Positions 36,501 to 45,687 of a DNA stretch of 64,000 nt are shown piece after piece. Each line of letters starts with the position of its first letter. Within the stretch, counting starts at the first letter, position 1. The position numbers and the translations under genes are program-made. This stretch comes from a virus, in the IMG/VR virus record IMGVR_UViG_3300029928_000198; one strand, 5' to 3'. The notes under the pieces were generated by a model that saw nothing but the letters and a program-made list of their open reading frames with translations, was not told where the DNA came from and did not search any database.

Positions 36501-37995
36501 TCTTCTGGGCTGCAGGTGCGTCGGAGCCTTCTCCGGCATCGTAGTACAGGTACCAGTATTCGGTCTGGGCCTTCCAGACCGCGTAGAGCTTGGTGGTTCC
36601 GGGGTACAGCCTTATCGTATCGCCCGGCTTGTAGTCCGCCGACGTGTCAGACGAGCTGGTTGACCACCCGAGGAAGTCATATCCGGACTTGGAGGGCTTG
36701 ACGGTGGATACGGTTGTGTCGTAGTAGCTGTCCGTGGACGAATCCGAGAACGATGTCGGTGCACCGGAGCCTCCGTTGGCGTAGTACTGCAAGGTGAAGC
36801 TGTTGTAGACCACGTCCGTCTTGACGGTTACCGTGAAGGTCTTGGTGACGCCGGAGCCGTCTCTGGCGGTTGCCTTGACGACTGCTGTACCGACTGAAAG
36901 CCCTTTGATCGTGACGGTTCCGCCCGATGTCGTATCGCCGGTGCTGGTTAAGGATATGTGCGAATCCCCGGACGAGATCGTCCAATTGACCCAGCGGTTG
37001 CTTGCCGATGTGGGGGACGATACCGCAGTCAGGACCATCGTGTCGCCGACCTTGACGGAGGAGGAACCGGTGATGGAGATCGATGTCACGGGTTCGTCCT
37101 TCTGCTGCCAGTGGGCGTAAAGCGTGGTATCACGAGTCGGAACATAACTATCGTTCGTAGTACCGACGTAAGTTCCGCCCGAAGCTTGAGTGTACCATCC
37201 GAGGAAGTTCTGGTCTGTGCGTGTCGCTGCGGGAAGGGTGAGATCGTTTCCGCCTTCCTTCCAAACGGCTGATGAAACATTGCACGAACCGCCATTGGCG
37301 TTGTATGTAACGGTGTATGCAGGAAGCACTTCTATCGTAAGTATACAGCGTATTTCGCCATAAGAGACTGCGACATTTGTAAATGTCAATGTTGAGTCGT
37401 AAGTTCCTGTTCTTGTAGGTGTACCGCTCAATGTAACAGTTTCAGAGTTTTTACTGAATGATGCAGAAACTCCCGGCGGCAAATTATCTGAACTGCCCTT
37501 TGAACCATATTTGTATGTCAAACTAACATCTTGCGAAAAATACTGATTCAGATAGACAGTTATCTTGGACGGACTGGTTTCTCCGTCCTGCAATATGCCG
37601 TAAATCGGAAGATCGTATCCGACCCCGGGAACCATCACCAGCGTGATCGTCTTCCCGTCGATCGTCATCTCCGTTGTCTTCTCCAGCACCCCGTATACCT
37701 CCGAGGTCCTGAAGTTCACGATCAGCCCCGAGCCTGCAAGCATGACCTCCAAGCCCTTGCCGTCATGGCCTTGGAAGTCTATCGAGACCGCTCCTTTCTC
37801 TATGACGTAGTAGTACGCGCCGTCCTCAAGGGCATCCCACGGTACTGTCACCCCTCCGTACGGAAGGGTGGCGGAGCCGTAGGACACAGGTTCCGCGTCC
37901 GCCTCGGCGACGGAATCCGCTATGAGGATTCCTGCCACGGACAGGACGGAGAACAGGGCCAGCGCGAACGCCAAGCGTCTTCTCTCTTTCTCCAT
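33508..37995 (-). CDS. Giant surface adhesin: shared N-domain, Ig domains, about 13 InlB B-repeats (Flg_new), PKD, TM anchor
   Basis: Start moved to MEKERR; repeated Y.L.Y.ANGG...P.(R/K).GY.F.GW...Y.PG...LYAVW; WTFGDG; C-terminal TM. Confidence 0.92.
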   Translation of the reverse strand: MEKERRRLAFALALFSVLSVAGILIADSVAEADAEPVSYGSATLPYGGVTVPWDALEDGAYYYVIEKGAVSIDFQGHDGKGLEVMLAGSGLIVNFRTSEVYGVLEKTTEMTIDGKTITLVMVPGVGYDLPIYGILQDGETSPSKITVYLNQYFSQDVSLTYKYGSKGSSDNLPPGVSASFSKNSETVTLSGTPTRTGTYDSTLTFTNVAVSYGEIRCILTIEVLPAYTVTYNANGGSCNVSSAVWKEGGNDLTLPAATRTDQNFLGWYTQASGGTYVGTTNDSYVPTRDTTLYAHWQQKDEPVTSISITGSSSVKVGDTMVLTAVSSPTSASNRWVNWTISSGDSHISLTSTGDTTSGGTVTIKGLSVGTAVVKATARDGSGVTKTFTVTVKTDVVYNSFTLQYYANGGSGAPTSFSDSSTDSYYDTTVSTVKPSKSGYDFLGWSTSSSDTSADYKPGDTIRLYPGTTKLYAVWKAQTEYWYLYYDAGEGSDAPAAQKKLVTSGAASATFTISSTKPVREGYEFLGWTKTSGSSTASFQPGGSITIYSTPTTLYAVWKETVTEYEFNLEFDLDGGTDGPGDIHFKSEKRSYETEIPEGAPKKAGFDFRGWGESAGTDTVRYFAGDKITLSPGTKTLYAVWKQVSYVLILNVNGGNGENRTLTGYGSSGGYTFTIPSDFIPTKDGYTFAGWSTSYNGDVEYSPGGKFTCDSATLYAVWTKNVAKITYTLIYNANGGKDAPEKQTVTVDEGKEASVTLSTKEPVRDGYDFLGWSDRSDSSQPLYSKGEANVVLKSTTTELFAVWSMRSVTYMLTYNGNASDATNVPEPVTKQGYETCTFIVSTQIPVREGCLFVGWSKNPDASGIAEYKGGSTIVTSERNPIIYAVWVDDKKTWTLNFDANGGTGEPSSITEEAPGYSHTFAIPDDAPVWEDHVFLGWSTSKSATEASIAAGGEFTTSSPTSTLHAVWKETPKDSFFLNFNLMGGTDGPSAIGPFYGRGEYKTTVPAGIPKSEEGLFQGWATEPNGKVAYQPGDSIVLKPGTTTLYAKWSNDPEVTYTLNFDLMGGSNGPTPQSGKSRGQYTFTIPADIPVKEGYSFAGWADEKGGDATYQPGDSYKASLQKTTLYAVWQGDTEYRLSFKLIDGTDGPSDLVENGGLDGHEFTIPADIPVKEGYGFKGWATAEDGAADYQPGSKFKAERPGTTYLYAVWERLHIELTFRLIYDPNGGEGGPVANPVKTYGDSAKFEVPTEKPTRKGFTFLGWSDHKDGDGVNYTAGSYVFVTAKNSVDGVRTIYAVWAEGENSRVFTLILDPNGGKDAPTVEPQASSEGSVNFLLPEGKPVREGYTFVGWTESLVKPVLHQPGEIVTVYYGDDGKYTLYAYWEKEGTLKAVPEVDVKGKTISYDASESGGYAKVLWTFGDGTSSWDVKGEHTYSESGTYVVKLTVYSANDRVHSDTVSVTIEESEESSDMSGIIKAIAAIAVIAIVLILAARLLGLF

Positions 37996-38150
37996 TTCAA
38001 TCTTCTCCGAAGGAGCGTCGGGTCCCTTCGGAGATGGGATCCCGCGCCCCCGATTCGATGTCCGCATGTGAGCGGACGCGGAGTGAATCGATGGAACGGC
38101 CACTTAACTTGGAGAAAACCTTGGGAAGCATCGGAGATTGGGATTGGAGA

Positions 38151-38180
38151 TACAAGGAATCGAAACCGCTTAAATATCGA
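38151..38180. promoter_or_regulatory. Conserved ACAAGGAA-BRE-TATA motif copy
   Basis: TACAAGGAATCGAAACCGCTTAAATATCGA. Confidence 0.65.
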
Positions 38181-38317
38181 TACATGAAGTGGATGGAATA
38201 TGGCGATGCGTTCATCTGACGGGATCGGAATGAGTGTTGCATAATCCGTCGTTTCCGATTCATGGATTTCGCCAGCATGGGCTAAGGTTTGATAACCTTT
38301 GAAATGATTCCATCAGC

Positions 38318-40399
38318 GTGGACATGAACGAGACGGCGGTACGAAACGGTGCTTCGCAGATGGCCGATCTGACATTATTCATCGAACGGGATGCCGGGAT
38401 GCCCGAACGGGGCCTAATAGACCTAACATCCGAGCACGTACGGAACGTGCTTCCTTCGCTGCTGAAGGACAGGACCACCAAGGGCAATATCGTCTGGGGG
38501 ACGGATGCGTACGCGGACCTCGGGTACGGGTGCTCCGACTTCATCTCACCCGAGGCCTTCAGAACAGGAATCCCCGTCCGCCTCAAGGCCAGAACGGAGA
38601 AGACCGACTCCGAGCAGCTTTCCAGAACCCGCGGGAAGGCCGAGGTCTTCACGCCCGGATGGATCTGCAACAGGATGAACAACCACTGCGATTCCGAATG
38701 GTTCGGACGCGAAGACGTCTTCAATGTCGATAACGGCGACGGGACTTGGACCGCCACCGAGGGGAAGATCGCATTCCCGGAGGGGAAGACATGGAAGGAA
38801 TACGTCGATTCCCGCCGCTTGGAGATCACCTGCGGGGAAGCACCGTTCCTCGTTTCAAGGTACGACGCATCCACCGGCGAACCCATCCTTCTAGGCATGC
38901 GCATCGGGATGTTCGACAGGAAGATGAGGGTGGTTGACGAGAACGCGACCTCCGAGGAGGAGTGGATGGAGTGGGCCGTCAGAGCACTCCAGTCCTGCTA
39001 CGGCTACGAGTTCCAAGGAGACAGCCTGCTGATCGCCAGAGTGAACCTTCTGGAATCATTCGTCGATTACTGCATGGACCGCCTCGGGCATGCGCCCGAC
39101 GAGAAGACGGTTTCGCATATTGCCAACATAATCTCGTGGAACCTCTGGCAGATGGACGGGCTTAGGTATTGCCCGCCGTATGCGGTCATGCCCGCGGTTC
39201 AGTTCGACCTTTCGATGTTCGGTCCGGATTCGGGAACGGCCTCGAACGAGAAGGTCCCGTTCCATTCTAAGATATACGATTGGAGACGCGACAATTCGGT
39301 CGCTTTCATCAAATGCAGAAAGAGGGGGAAAATGGACAGGAAGCTATTCGACTATGTGATTGGAAATCCGCCGTATCAGGAGACTCAAAAGGATACTAGC
39401 GATATACCGATTTACAATTTCTTTATGGACGCAGCCTATGATGTAGGAGATCATGTAATTCTAATCACGCCGGGACGCTTCCTTTTTGGTGCTGGAAAAA
39501 CCCCGAAAAGCTGGAACCAAAAAATGCTATCAGACTCGCACTTGAAAGTACTAAAATATGCATCTGATTCAAAATCCGTATTTCCAGCGAATGATATTAA
39601 AGGGGGCGTCGCAATAACATACCGCGACTCACACAGAACTATTGGCCCCATAGGTATCTTCACGGCTTTTCCCGAACTCAACTCGATTTGTAAAAAAGTA
39701 ACTTCCAGCAATGGCTTCAAATCCTTTTCCGATTTGATTTATGCTCCTGAAAGTTACAAATTCTCAAATAAAATGCTGGAAGATTACCCCGAGATATTGT
39801 ACAAAGACGATGGCAACGGAAACAACTTGGGAATATTGAGCGAAGGACATGACAACGACCTTGTAACTAACATTTTTGATAAACTTGAGGGAATTGTTTT
39901 CTTTAGTTCTGTTATCGACTCGAATCATTCCTATGTTCGTATAATCGGAAGGAAAAACAATACAAGAACGAGTATGTTTATCGACAGGGACTATGTAATC
40001 GGTCCAAATAATTTTCCATCATACAAGGTCATCTTACCTAAATCCAATGGTTCTGGCGCAATCGGAGAAGTGCTTAGTACACCCCTGATCGGGGAACCCC
40101 TGATCGGACATACTCAAACATTCATAAGCATAGGTAATTTTGCTACCAGATTAGAAGCAGAAAATGCAATAAAGTATATCAAGTCAAAATTCGCAAGAGT
40201 GATGCTGGGAATAAAAAAAGTCACTCAGGACAATAAGAAAGATGTGTGGGTTTTTGTTCCCGTTCAGGACTTTACAAACAACTCCGACATAGATTGGTCC
40301 GACAGCATCCGTGGCATCGACCTCCAGCTCTACCGCAAGTACAACCTTACCCCGGATGAGGTAAAATTCATCGAATCCCACGTGAAGGAGATGGATTGA
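38318..40399 (+). CDS. N6-adenine DNA methyltransferase of a restriction-modification system (Eco57I-methylase-like domain)
   Basis: EVFTP, LEITCGEAPFL, NLWQMDGL, VIGNPPYQE; AT-rich C-terminal specificity region. Confidence 0.85.
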   Translation: MDMNETAVRNGASQMADLTLFIERDAGMPERGLIDLTSEHVRNVLPSLLKDRTTKGNIVWGTDAYADLGYGCSDFISPEAFRTGIPVRLKARTEKTDSEQLSRTRGKAEVFTPGWICNRMNNHCDSEWFGREDVFNVDNGDGTWTATEGKIAFPEGKTWKEYVDSRRLEITCGEAPFLVSRYDASTGEPILLGMRIGMFDRKMRVVDENATSEEEWMEWAVRALQSCYGYEFQGDSLLIARVNLLESFVDYCMDRLGHAPDEKTVSHIANIISWNLWQMDGLRYCPPYAVMPAVQFDLSMFGPDSGTASNEKVPFHSKIYDWRRDNSVAFIKCRKRGKMDRKLFDYVIGNPPYQETQKDTSDIPIYNFFMDAAYDVGDHVILITPGRFLFGAGKTPKSWNQKMLSDSHLKVLKYASDSKSVFPANDIKGGVAITYRDSHRTIGPIGIFTAFPELNSICKKVTSSNGFKSFSDLIYAPESYKFSNKMLEDYPEILYKDDGNGNNLGILSEGHDNDLVTNIFDKLEGIVFFSSVIDSNHSYVRIIGRKNNTRTSMFIDRDYVIGPNNFPSYKVILPKSNGSGAIGEVLSTPLIGEPLIGHTQTFISIGNFATRLEAENAIKYIKSKFARVMLGIKKVTQDNKKDVWVFVPVQDFTNNSDIDWSDSIRGIDLQLYRKYNLTPDEVKFIESHVKEMD

Positions 40400-40400
40400 C

Positions 40401-43400
40401 ATGCCCGCGATCCCCATCGATCCTGTATGCGTACGCCATCCGATGATCTACGCCTATACGACGCCCGGAGTCGCCAACAACGACGGATGGGTCAAGATAG
40501 GCTACACCGACCGCGACCCCGACCAGCGCATCAGAGAGCAGACGCACACCGCAGGCATCGTCGCCAAGAGGGAATGGTCCAGCACAGCCATCTACGATTC
40601 CCAATGGAAGCCTTTCAGGGACACCGACTTCCACAGATACCTCCGCTGCAAGGGCGTGGAGCAGCGCGCGGGGACCGAATGGTTCAGGATGGCTCCAGAT
40701 GTCGCCAAATAGTGTCTGAGACACTTCAAGGACAAGGACGGATGCGCCACGGGCGACGGCCCCGCGCCGTACACGCTACGCAAGGAGCAGCAGGCGGCGG
40801 TGGATGCCGCCGAGAGGTACTTCGAATCCAACGAGCATGGCCAGTTCCTCTGGAATGCCAAGCCCCGCTTCGGGAAGACCTTGGCATCCTACGACCTATG
40901 CAAGACCCTCGATGCCAAGAAGGTCCTCATAGTCACCAACCGTCCGGCGATAGCCGATTCATGGTACAGCGACTACGAGAAGTTCCTCGGCCCGTCATCC
41001 GGATACACGTTCGTATCCACCATCAACGGAATCAGAGGCTGCAGATATGTCAGGGACACGGCCGATTTTCCGAACCCCGATTCCAAGATCATCAACTTCG
41101 TCAGCCTTCAGGACCTCAAAGGTTCGCTCCACTTCGGCGGGAATTACGACAAGCTCCGGTACATCAAGGATACGGCATGGGACCTCCTAATCATCGACGA
41201 GGCCCACGAGGGCGTGGACACGTTCAAGACCGACGTCGCCTTCGATCGGATAGACCGCAGATGGACCCTACATCTTTCCGGTACGCCCTTCAAGGCCATC
41301 GCCAGCGACAAGTTCGGTAAGGACGCGGTCTTCAACTGGACCTACGCGGACGAGCAGGAGGCGAAGAGGGAATGGGAAGAGAACTCCGAGAGCTGCAACC
41401 CGTACGGGAATCTTCCGGAACTAACCATGTTCACCTACCGCATGTCGGACATGATAGCCGACAAGGTCGGAGCCGGCATACCGATCGACGGAGAGAACAC
41501 GGACTACGCCTTCGACCTCAACGAGTTCTTCGCCACCGACGGGAAGGGAAGCTTCATCCACGATTCCGATGTGGACAGATTCCTCGATGCGCTGACGACT
41601 CAGGACAGATACCCCTATTCCACGGAGGAACTCAGGGACAAGATGGCCCATACGCTATGGCTGATGGACCGCGTGGATGGGGCTAAGAGGCTGGCCTCGA
41701 AGCTTAGGAACCACCCCGTGTTCGGACAATATACGATCGTCGAAGCGGTCGGCGACTTCAACGACGACGGAAGCAGGGCCAAGAGCGCACTGGAGAAGGT
41801 CCGCAAGGCTATCAGGAACAGCAACAGGACCATAACCCTCACCGTGGGCCAGCTCACCACCGGAGTCACCGTCCCCGAATGGACGGGCGTTCTGATGCTT
41901 TCCAACGTGAAGAGCGCATCCCTGTACATGCAGACCGCATTCAGGGCGCAGACGCCTTGGGAATTCCAAACGAAGGACGGCGTATGCAGGAAGGAGAACG
42001 CCTATGTCTTCGACTTCGACCCGGCAAGGACGCTGGACATCTACGAGCAGTTCGCAAACGACCTGTACAGCGACACCTCCGCAGGAAGAGGGGATTCCGG
42101 CAAGAGGAAGGAGAACGTCCGCAAGCTGCTGAACTTCTTCCCCGTCATAGGAGAGGACGAGGACGGGGCGATGATCGAGCTGGATGCCGAGAAGGTCCTT
42201 TCCATCCCCCGTGCGCTCCGCTCCAAGCAGGTGGTCCGCAGGGGATTCATATGCGACTTCCTCTTCCAGAACGTCACCAACGTCTTCCATGCGTCTCCGA
42301 AGGTATGGGACATCATCGGGATGATGCCCGCAGTGAGCAGGGACGAGGCCCTTAACCTAGATCGCACGGATGCCATGTCGGTCGATCTGGACGAGAACGG
42401 GGAAGTCGTCGTCGATAAGGCGGGCGTGATAGGCCTTTCCAAGGAGCTTTTCGGCGACAAGATATACGAGACCGATGCCGACGACCTTTTCCGGATACTC
42501 GAAGAGAAGGCCGACGGCCCCAAGTCCGCCGAAGACGTCAGGCTTGAGAAGATAATGGATTGCTTCCATCGGGACGTCACCGCCCCGATGATCGACATAG
42601 CCTCGGAGAAGTTCGAGAAGGATCTGAACAGGAGGACCAAGGGCCATCTGGAGAAATACATCGACCTGCAAGCCGAGAACCGCTTCCGCAAGGCCCTGAA
42701 GGAGCATTCCATCAACGAGCGCACGCTCAATTCAGAGATGGAGAAGGAGATCGACTCCGCCCGCGGCGATTCCGCCAAGGAGGAGGTCCGGCGCAGATAC
42801 GACGAACTCATCAAGGAGAACAATCGCAACTTCACCGATGCCGCCAACGAGATATGGAACTCGGCGGCGGAGGATGCCGGGAACTGCATCGTGGAGAAGG
42901 TGGAGACCGACAGGAAGGAGAAGACCAAGAAGGAGGTCAGCGAAGGCATCAGGAACCACCTCAGGGGCTTCAGCAGGACGATACCGTCCTTCCTGATGGC
43001 CTACGGCTCCGAAGCGGACATAACGCTGGCCAACATCGATACGATCGTCCCTCCGGATGTCTTCAAGGAGGTGGCATCCATCTCGGTGGAGGACTTCCGC
43101 CTGCTGCGCGACGGAGGAGAGATGATCGGGGATGACGGGATGTCGGAGCATTTCGACGGGCATCTCTTCGACGAAACGGTGTTCAACGACTCCGTGAAGG
43201 AGTTCATGGCCCTCAGGATACGTCTGGCCGATTACTTCGCCAACGATGCGGAGGACATCTTCGACTACATCCCTCCGCAGAGGAACAACCAGATATTCAC
43301 CCCCAAGCACGTGGTGAAGCAGATGGTCGATATGCTGGAGAAGGAGAATCCCGGGTGCTTCGACGACGATTCCGCCACATTCGCGGACCTGTACATGAAA

Positions 43401-43685
43401 TCGGGCCTGTATGTGGCGGAGATAGTCCGCAGGCTGTACAACAGCCCCGGGATCGCAAGGAAGCACCCTGACAGAGAGGAAAGGCTGAGGCATATATTCG
43501 CCCATCAGGTGTTCGGTCTGGCTCCTTCGGAGATCATCCATAGGATCGTGCTGTCGTATGTTCTAGGGTTCGCGGAGAACGGGAAGAGGATGGAGCACAA
43601 CCTCCGGCGGGGGGACCTGCTGGCCATGGGATCGGGGGAAGAACTCAGGAAGAATCTGATCGAGATGTTCCCCGCATTGAAGTAA
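40401..43685 (+). CDS. GIY-YIG nuclease-SF2 helicase-methylase-like restriction subunit with an in-frame TAG at 40710-40712
   Basis: IYAY...VKIGYT...EWF (GIY-YIG/T5orf172-like); frame stays open after the TAG (CLRHFKDK...YTLRKEQQAAV) into AKPRFGKT, IIDEAH, QIFTP. Confidence 0.8.
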
Positions 43686-43787
43686 GGAGCAGCCTATCCG
43701 CTGCGCCCGGCCGTGCTGGATGGGGCGTGGCGGTCTTTTGTAAACATGGTGCAGAAGAGCCATCCCCAGAAGGGGATGCAAAAGGTT

Positions 43788-44627
43788 TCAACTGCGGTAA
43801 TCGAAGACGGTCAAGACATCATACCCGTTGTACTTCTGCATATAGCCTGCAAGCGTTCCATCCTTGAGGAGGTAGTAGACGTTCCCGTTCGAATCCTCGA
43901 AACCATAGCCTTGAACCTGTCCGCTGGAGAGCTTGATGTACATGTCGTTACAGTCCTTCATGCTCTGCAAGAAAGGATTGTGGGCGGCCATGCTTTCCTT
44001 GACGCTCATGTAGCCCGGCATCGGTACTGGATCGGGTACTACGATCTCTTCTCCGCCGTTAATGTGTATCGTCGGACGCTTGATCGTCACTCCTGAACCC
44101 CAGTCCTCATTCGGTTCCTTGACCGTGGTGTTCGAGTTCTTGTTCACCAGCCTTCCGTCGTCGAATGTTATCTGGGCTTCAGTCCAGTACTCTGTTCCGT
44201 CATCGAGCTTGATGCCGCCGGAGAGATGATAGATTCCATCGAGGGCTTTGGCGTTGACCTTGTCTATCTTGCCGTTATCGCTCCTCCCATCATCTCTATC
44301 GCCATAGTCGGTGAGCACTCCCGAATAGCATACCAGCACTATGACGAGAGCAAGTACGACGCAAACGGCGAATCCCTTCTTCATCGTCGCAGTCAATTCA
44401 TTCATCGGTACGGAGTTGCTGGTCGCGACCTCAGGAGCCGGCTTCAGTGAAGCGGCGGCTCCGAACTTCCTTCCGCATTTATCGCAGAATTTGGCGTCGG
44501 AAAGATTCTCGGTACCGCAGATGGGACAGGTTATCTTCTCCTCGACGGGATCTAGACGCGCACCGCATTCGCGACACATCGTGGCATCGTCGCGGTTGTC
44601 CCTCCCGCATTTCGGACAATTCTTCAT
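43788..44627 (-). CDS. Double-Zn-ribbon membrane protein, paralog 2
   Basis: CPKC..CREC..CPIC..CDKC, one TM, extracellular domain. Confidence 0.85.
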   Translation of the reverse strand: MKNCPKCGRDNRDDATMCRECGARLDPVEEKITCPICGTENLSDAKFCDKCGRKFGAAASLKPAPEVATSNSVPMNELTATMKKGFAVCVVLALVIVLVCYSGVLTDYGDRDDGRSDNGKIDKVNAKALDGIYHLSGGIKLDDGTEYWTEAQITFDDGRLVNKNSNTTVKEPNEDWGSGVTIKRPTIHINGGEEIVVPDPVPMPGYMSVKESMAAHNPFLQSMKDCNDMYIKLSSGQVQGYGFEDSNGNVYYLLKDGTLAGYMQKYNGYDVLTVFDYRS

Positions 44628-44676
44628 TTATCCACCTTATTCTAAGGATGTTGAACTTTCGATTTAAGCGCTGCGA
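44614..44676. repeat. 63-bp exact repeat (promoter, RBS and start of the DZR paralogs)
   Basis: Identical to 45593-45655. Confidence 0.85.
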
Positions 44677-44700
44677 CATGAATGCTGGTCATTAAGTAAA

Positions 44701-44737
44701 ACAAAAAACGAAAGGAAAACATCCCTGATGGGATGTA
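44701..44737 (-). terminator. Hairpin plus T-tract terminator
   Basis: ACATCCC-ATCA-GGGATGT followed on the minus strand by TTTCCTTTCGTTTTTTGT. Confidence 0.6.
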
Positions 44738-44754
44738 AGGTGTTTTAGAAGCAA

Positions 44755-45606
44755 TCAGCCCTTGCGGTCATAAATTGTTGTGATTTTCACGTTCTCGTAA
44801 CTGAATGTGTAAGCCAGAAGCCTTCCGTCCTTGTTTACATAGTACTTGTTTCCATCCGAATCCTGGAATCCATACGCTTCCAGAGTGGAATAGTCATTGA
44901 TCTTGACCAGCTTGTCACCGCAGTGACTCATTCTGGAAAGGAACGGATTGTGATCGATGATGCTATCCATTGTAGAAACATGACCGGGATTCGGAGGCTC
45001 GGAGATCACATATTCCGTCCCATCGTGCATCGTGACGATGGGACGTGTGATGTCTATTCCGGATTCCCATTGTCCGTTAGGCTCCTTCACAGATGTGCTT
45101 ATATTCTTCTCTACGAGCTTGCCGTTGTCGAACTCGATTATTGCATTGGACCAGTATTCTGTTCCATCCTCAGCTCTGACACCGCCTGAAAGATAAAATG
45201 ATCCATCCAATGGCTTTGCATTCACGGTATCAATCAGACCAGAGCCGCCCCCATTCGAATCATCATCAGACCCGTTGGACAACATGCCTGAACCGAGTAT
45301 GGCTGCCAAGGCCAGAATAACAACCGCCACGACAGCAATCGCAACCCCGTTTTTACTTTCCTTACCGGCGTTGGGGGCCGAATCACGCTTCTGTTGTTGA
45401 GTTTCGTTCTTTTCCGTGACTGCGACATTCGGAGTGTTGAACGATTTACCGCATTTATCACAGAACTTCGATCCAGCGACATTTTCAGTTCCGCAAGATG
45501 AACAGATTAGCCGCTTCTCCGATGGAGATTCAAATTTGATTCCGCATTCGCGACACATGATTGCATCGTCGCGGTTCTCCCCTCCACATTTGGGACAATT
45601 CTTCAT
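44755..45606 (-). CDS. Double-Zn-ribbon membrane protein, paralog 1
   Basis: Same architecture; shares IDxVNAK.LDG..LSGG...DGTEYW with paralog 2. Confidence 0.85.
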   Translation of the reverse strand: MKNCPKCGGENRDDAIMCRECGIKFESPSEKRLICSSCGTENVAGSKFCDKCGKSFNTPNVAVTEKNETQQQKRDSAPNAGKESKNGVAIAVVAVVILALAAILGSGMLSNGSDDDSNGGGSGLIDTVNAKPLDGSFYLSGGVRAEDGTEYWSNAIIEFDNGKLVEKNISTSVKEPNGQWESGIDITRPIVTMHDGTEYVISEPPNPGHVSTMDSIIDHNPFLSRMSHCGDKLVKINDYSTLEAYGFQDSDGNKYYVNKDGRLLAYTFSYENVKITTIYDRKG

Positions 45607-45687
45607 TTATCCACCTTATTCTAAGGATGTTGAACTTTCGATTTAAGCGCTGCGATATAAGAGGTTTGGAAGAAGTTTGTCGAACGG

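Noticed and set aside
33508-37995. Diversity-generating retroelement acting on adhesins
   Set aside because: No reverse transcriptase and no template/variable repeat pair differing only at adenines.
33495-44745. Shared GTAAGGTGTTT 11-mer between stop codon and terminator hairpin (33495 and 44735)
   Set aside because: Only two short copies; may reflect common ancestry of 3' ends or chance.
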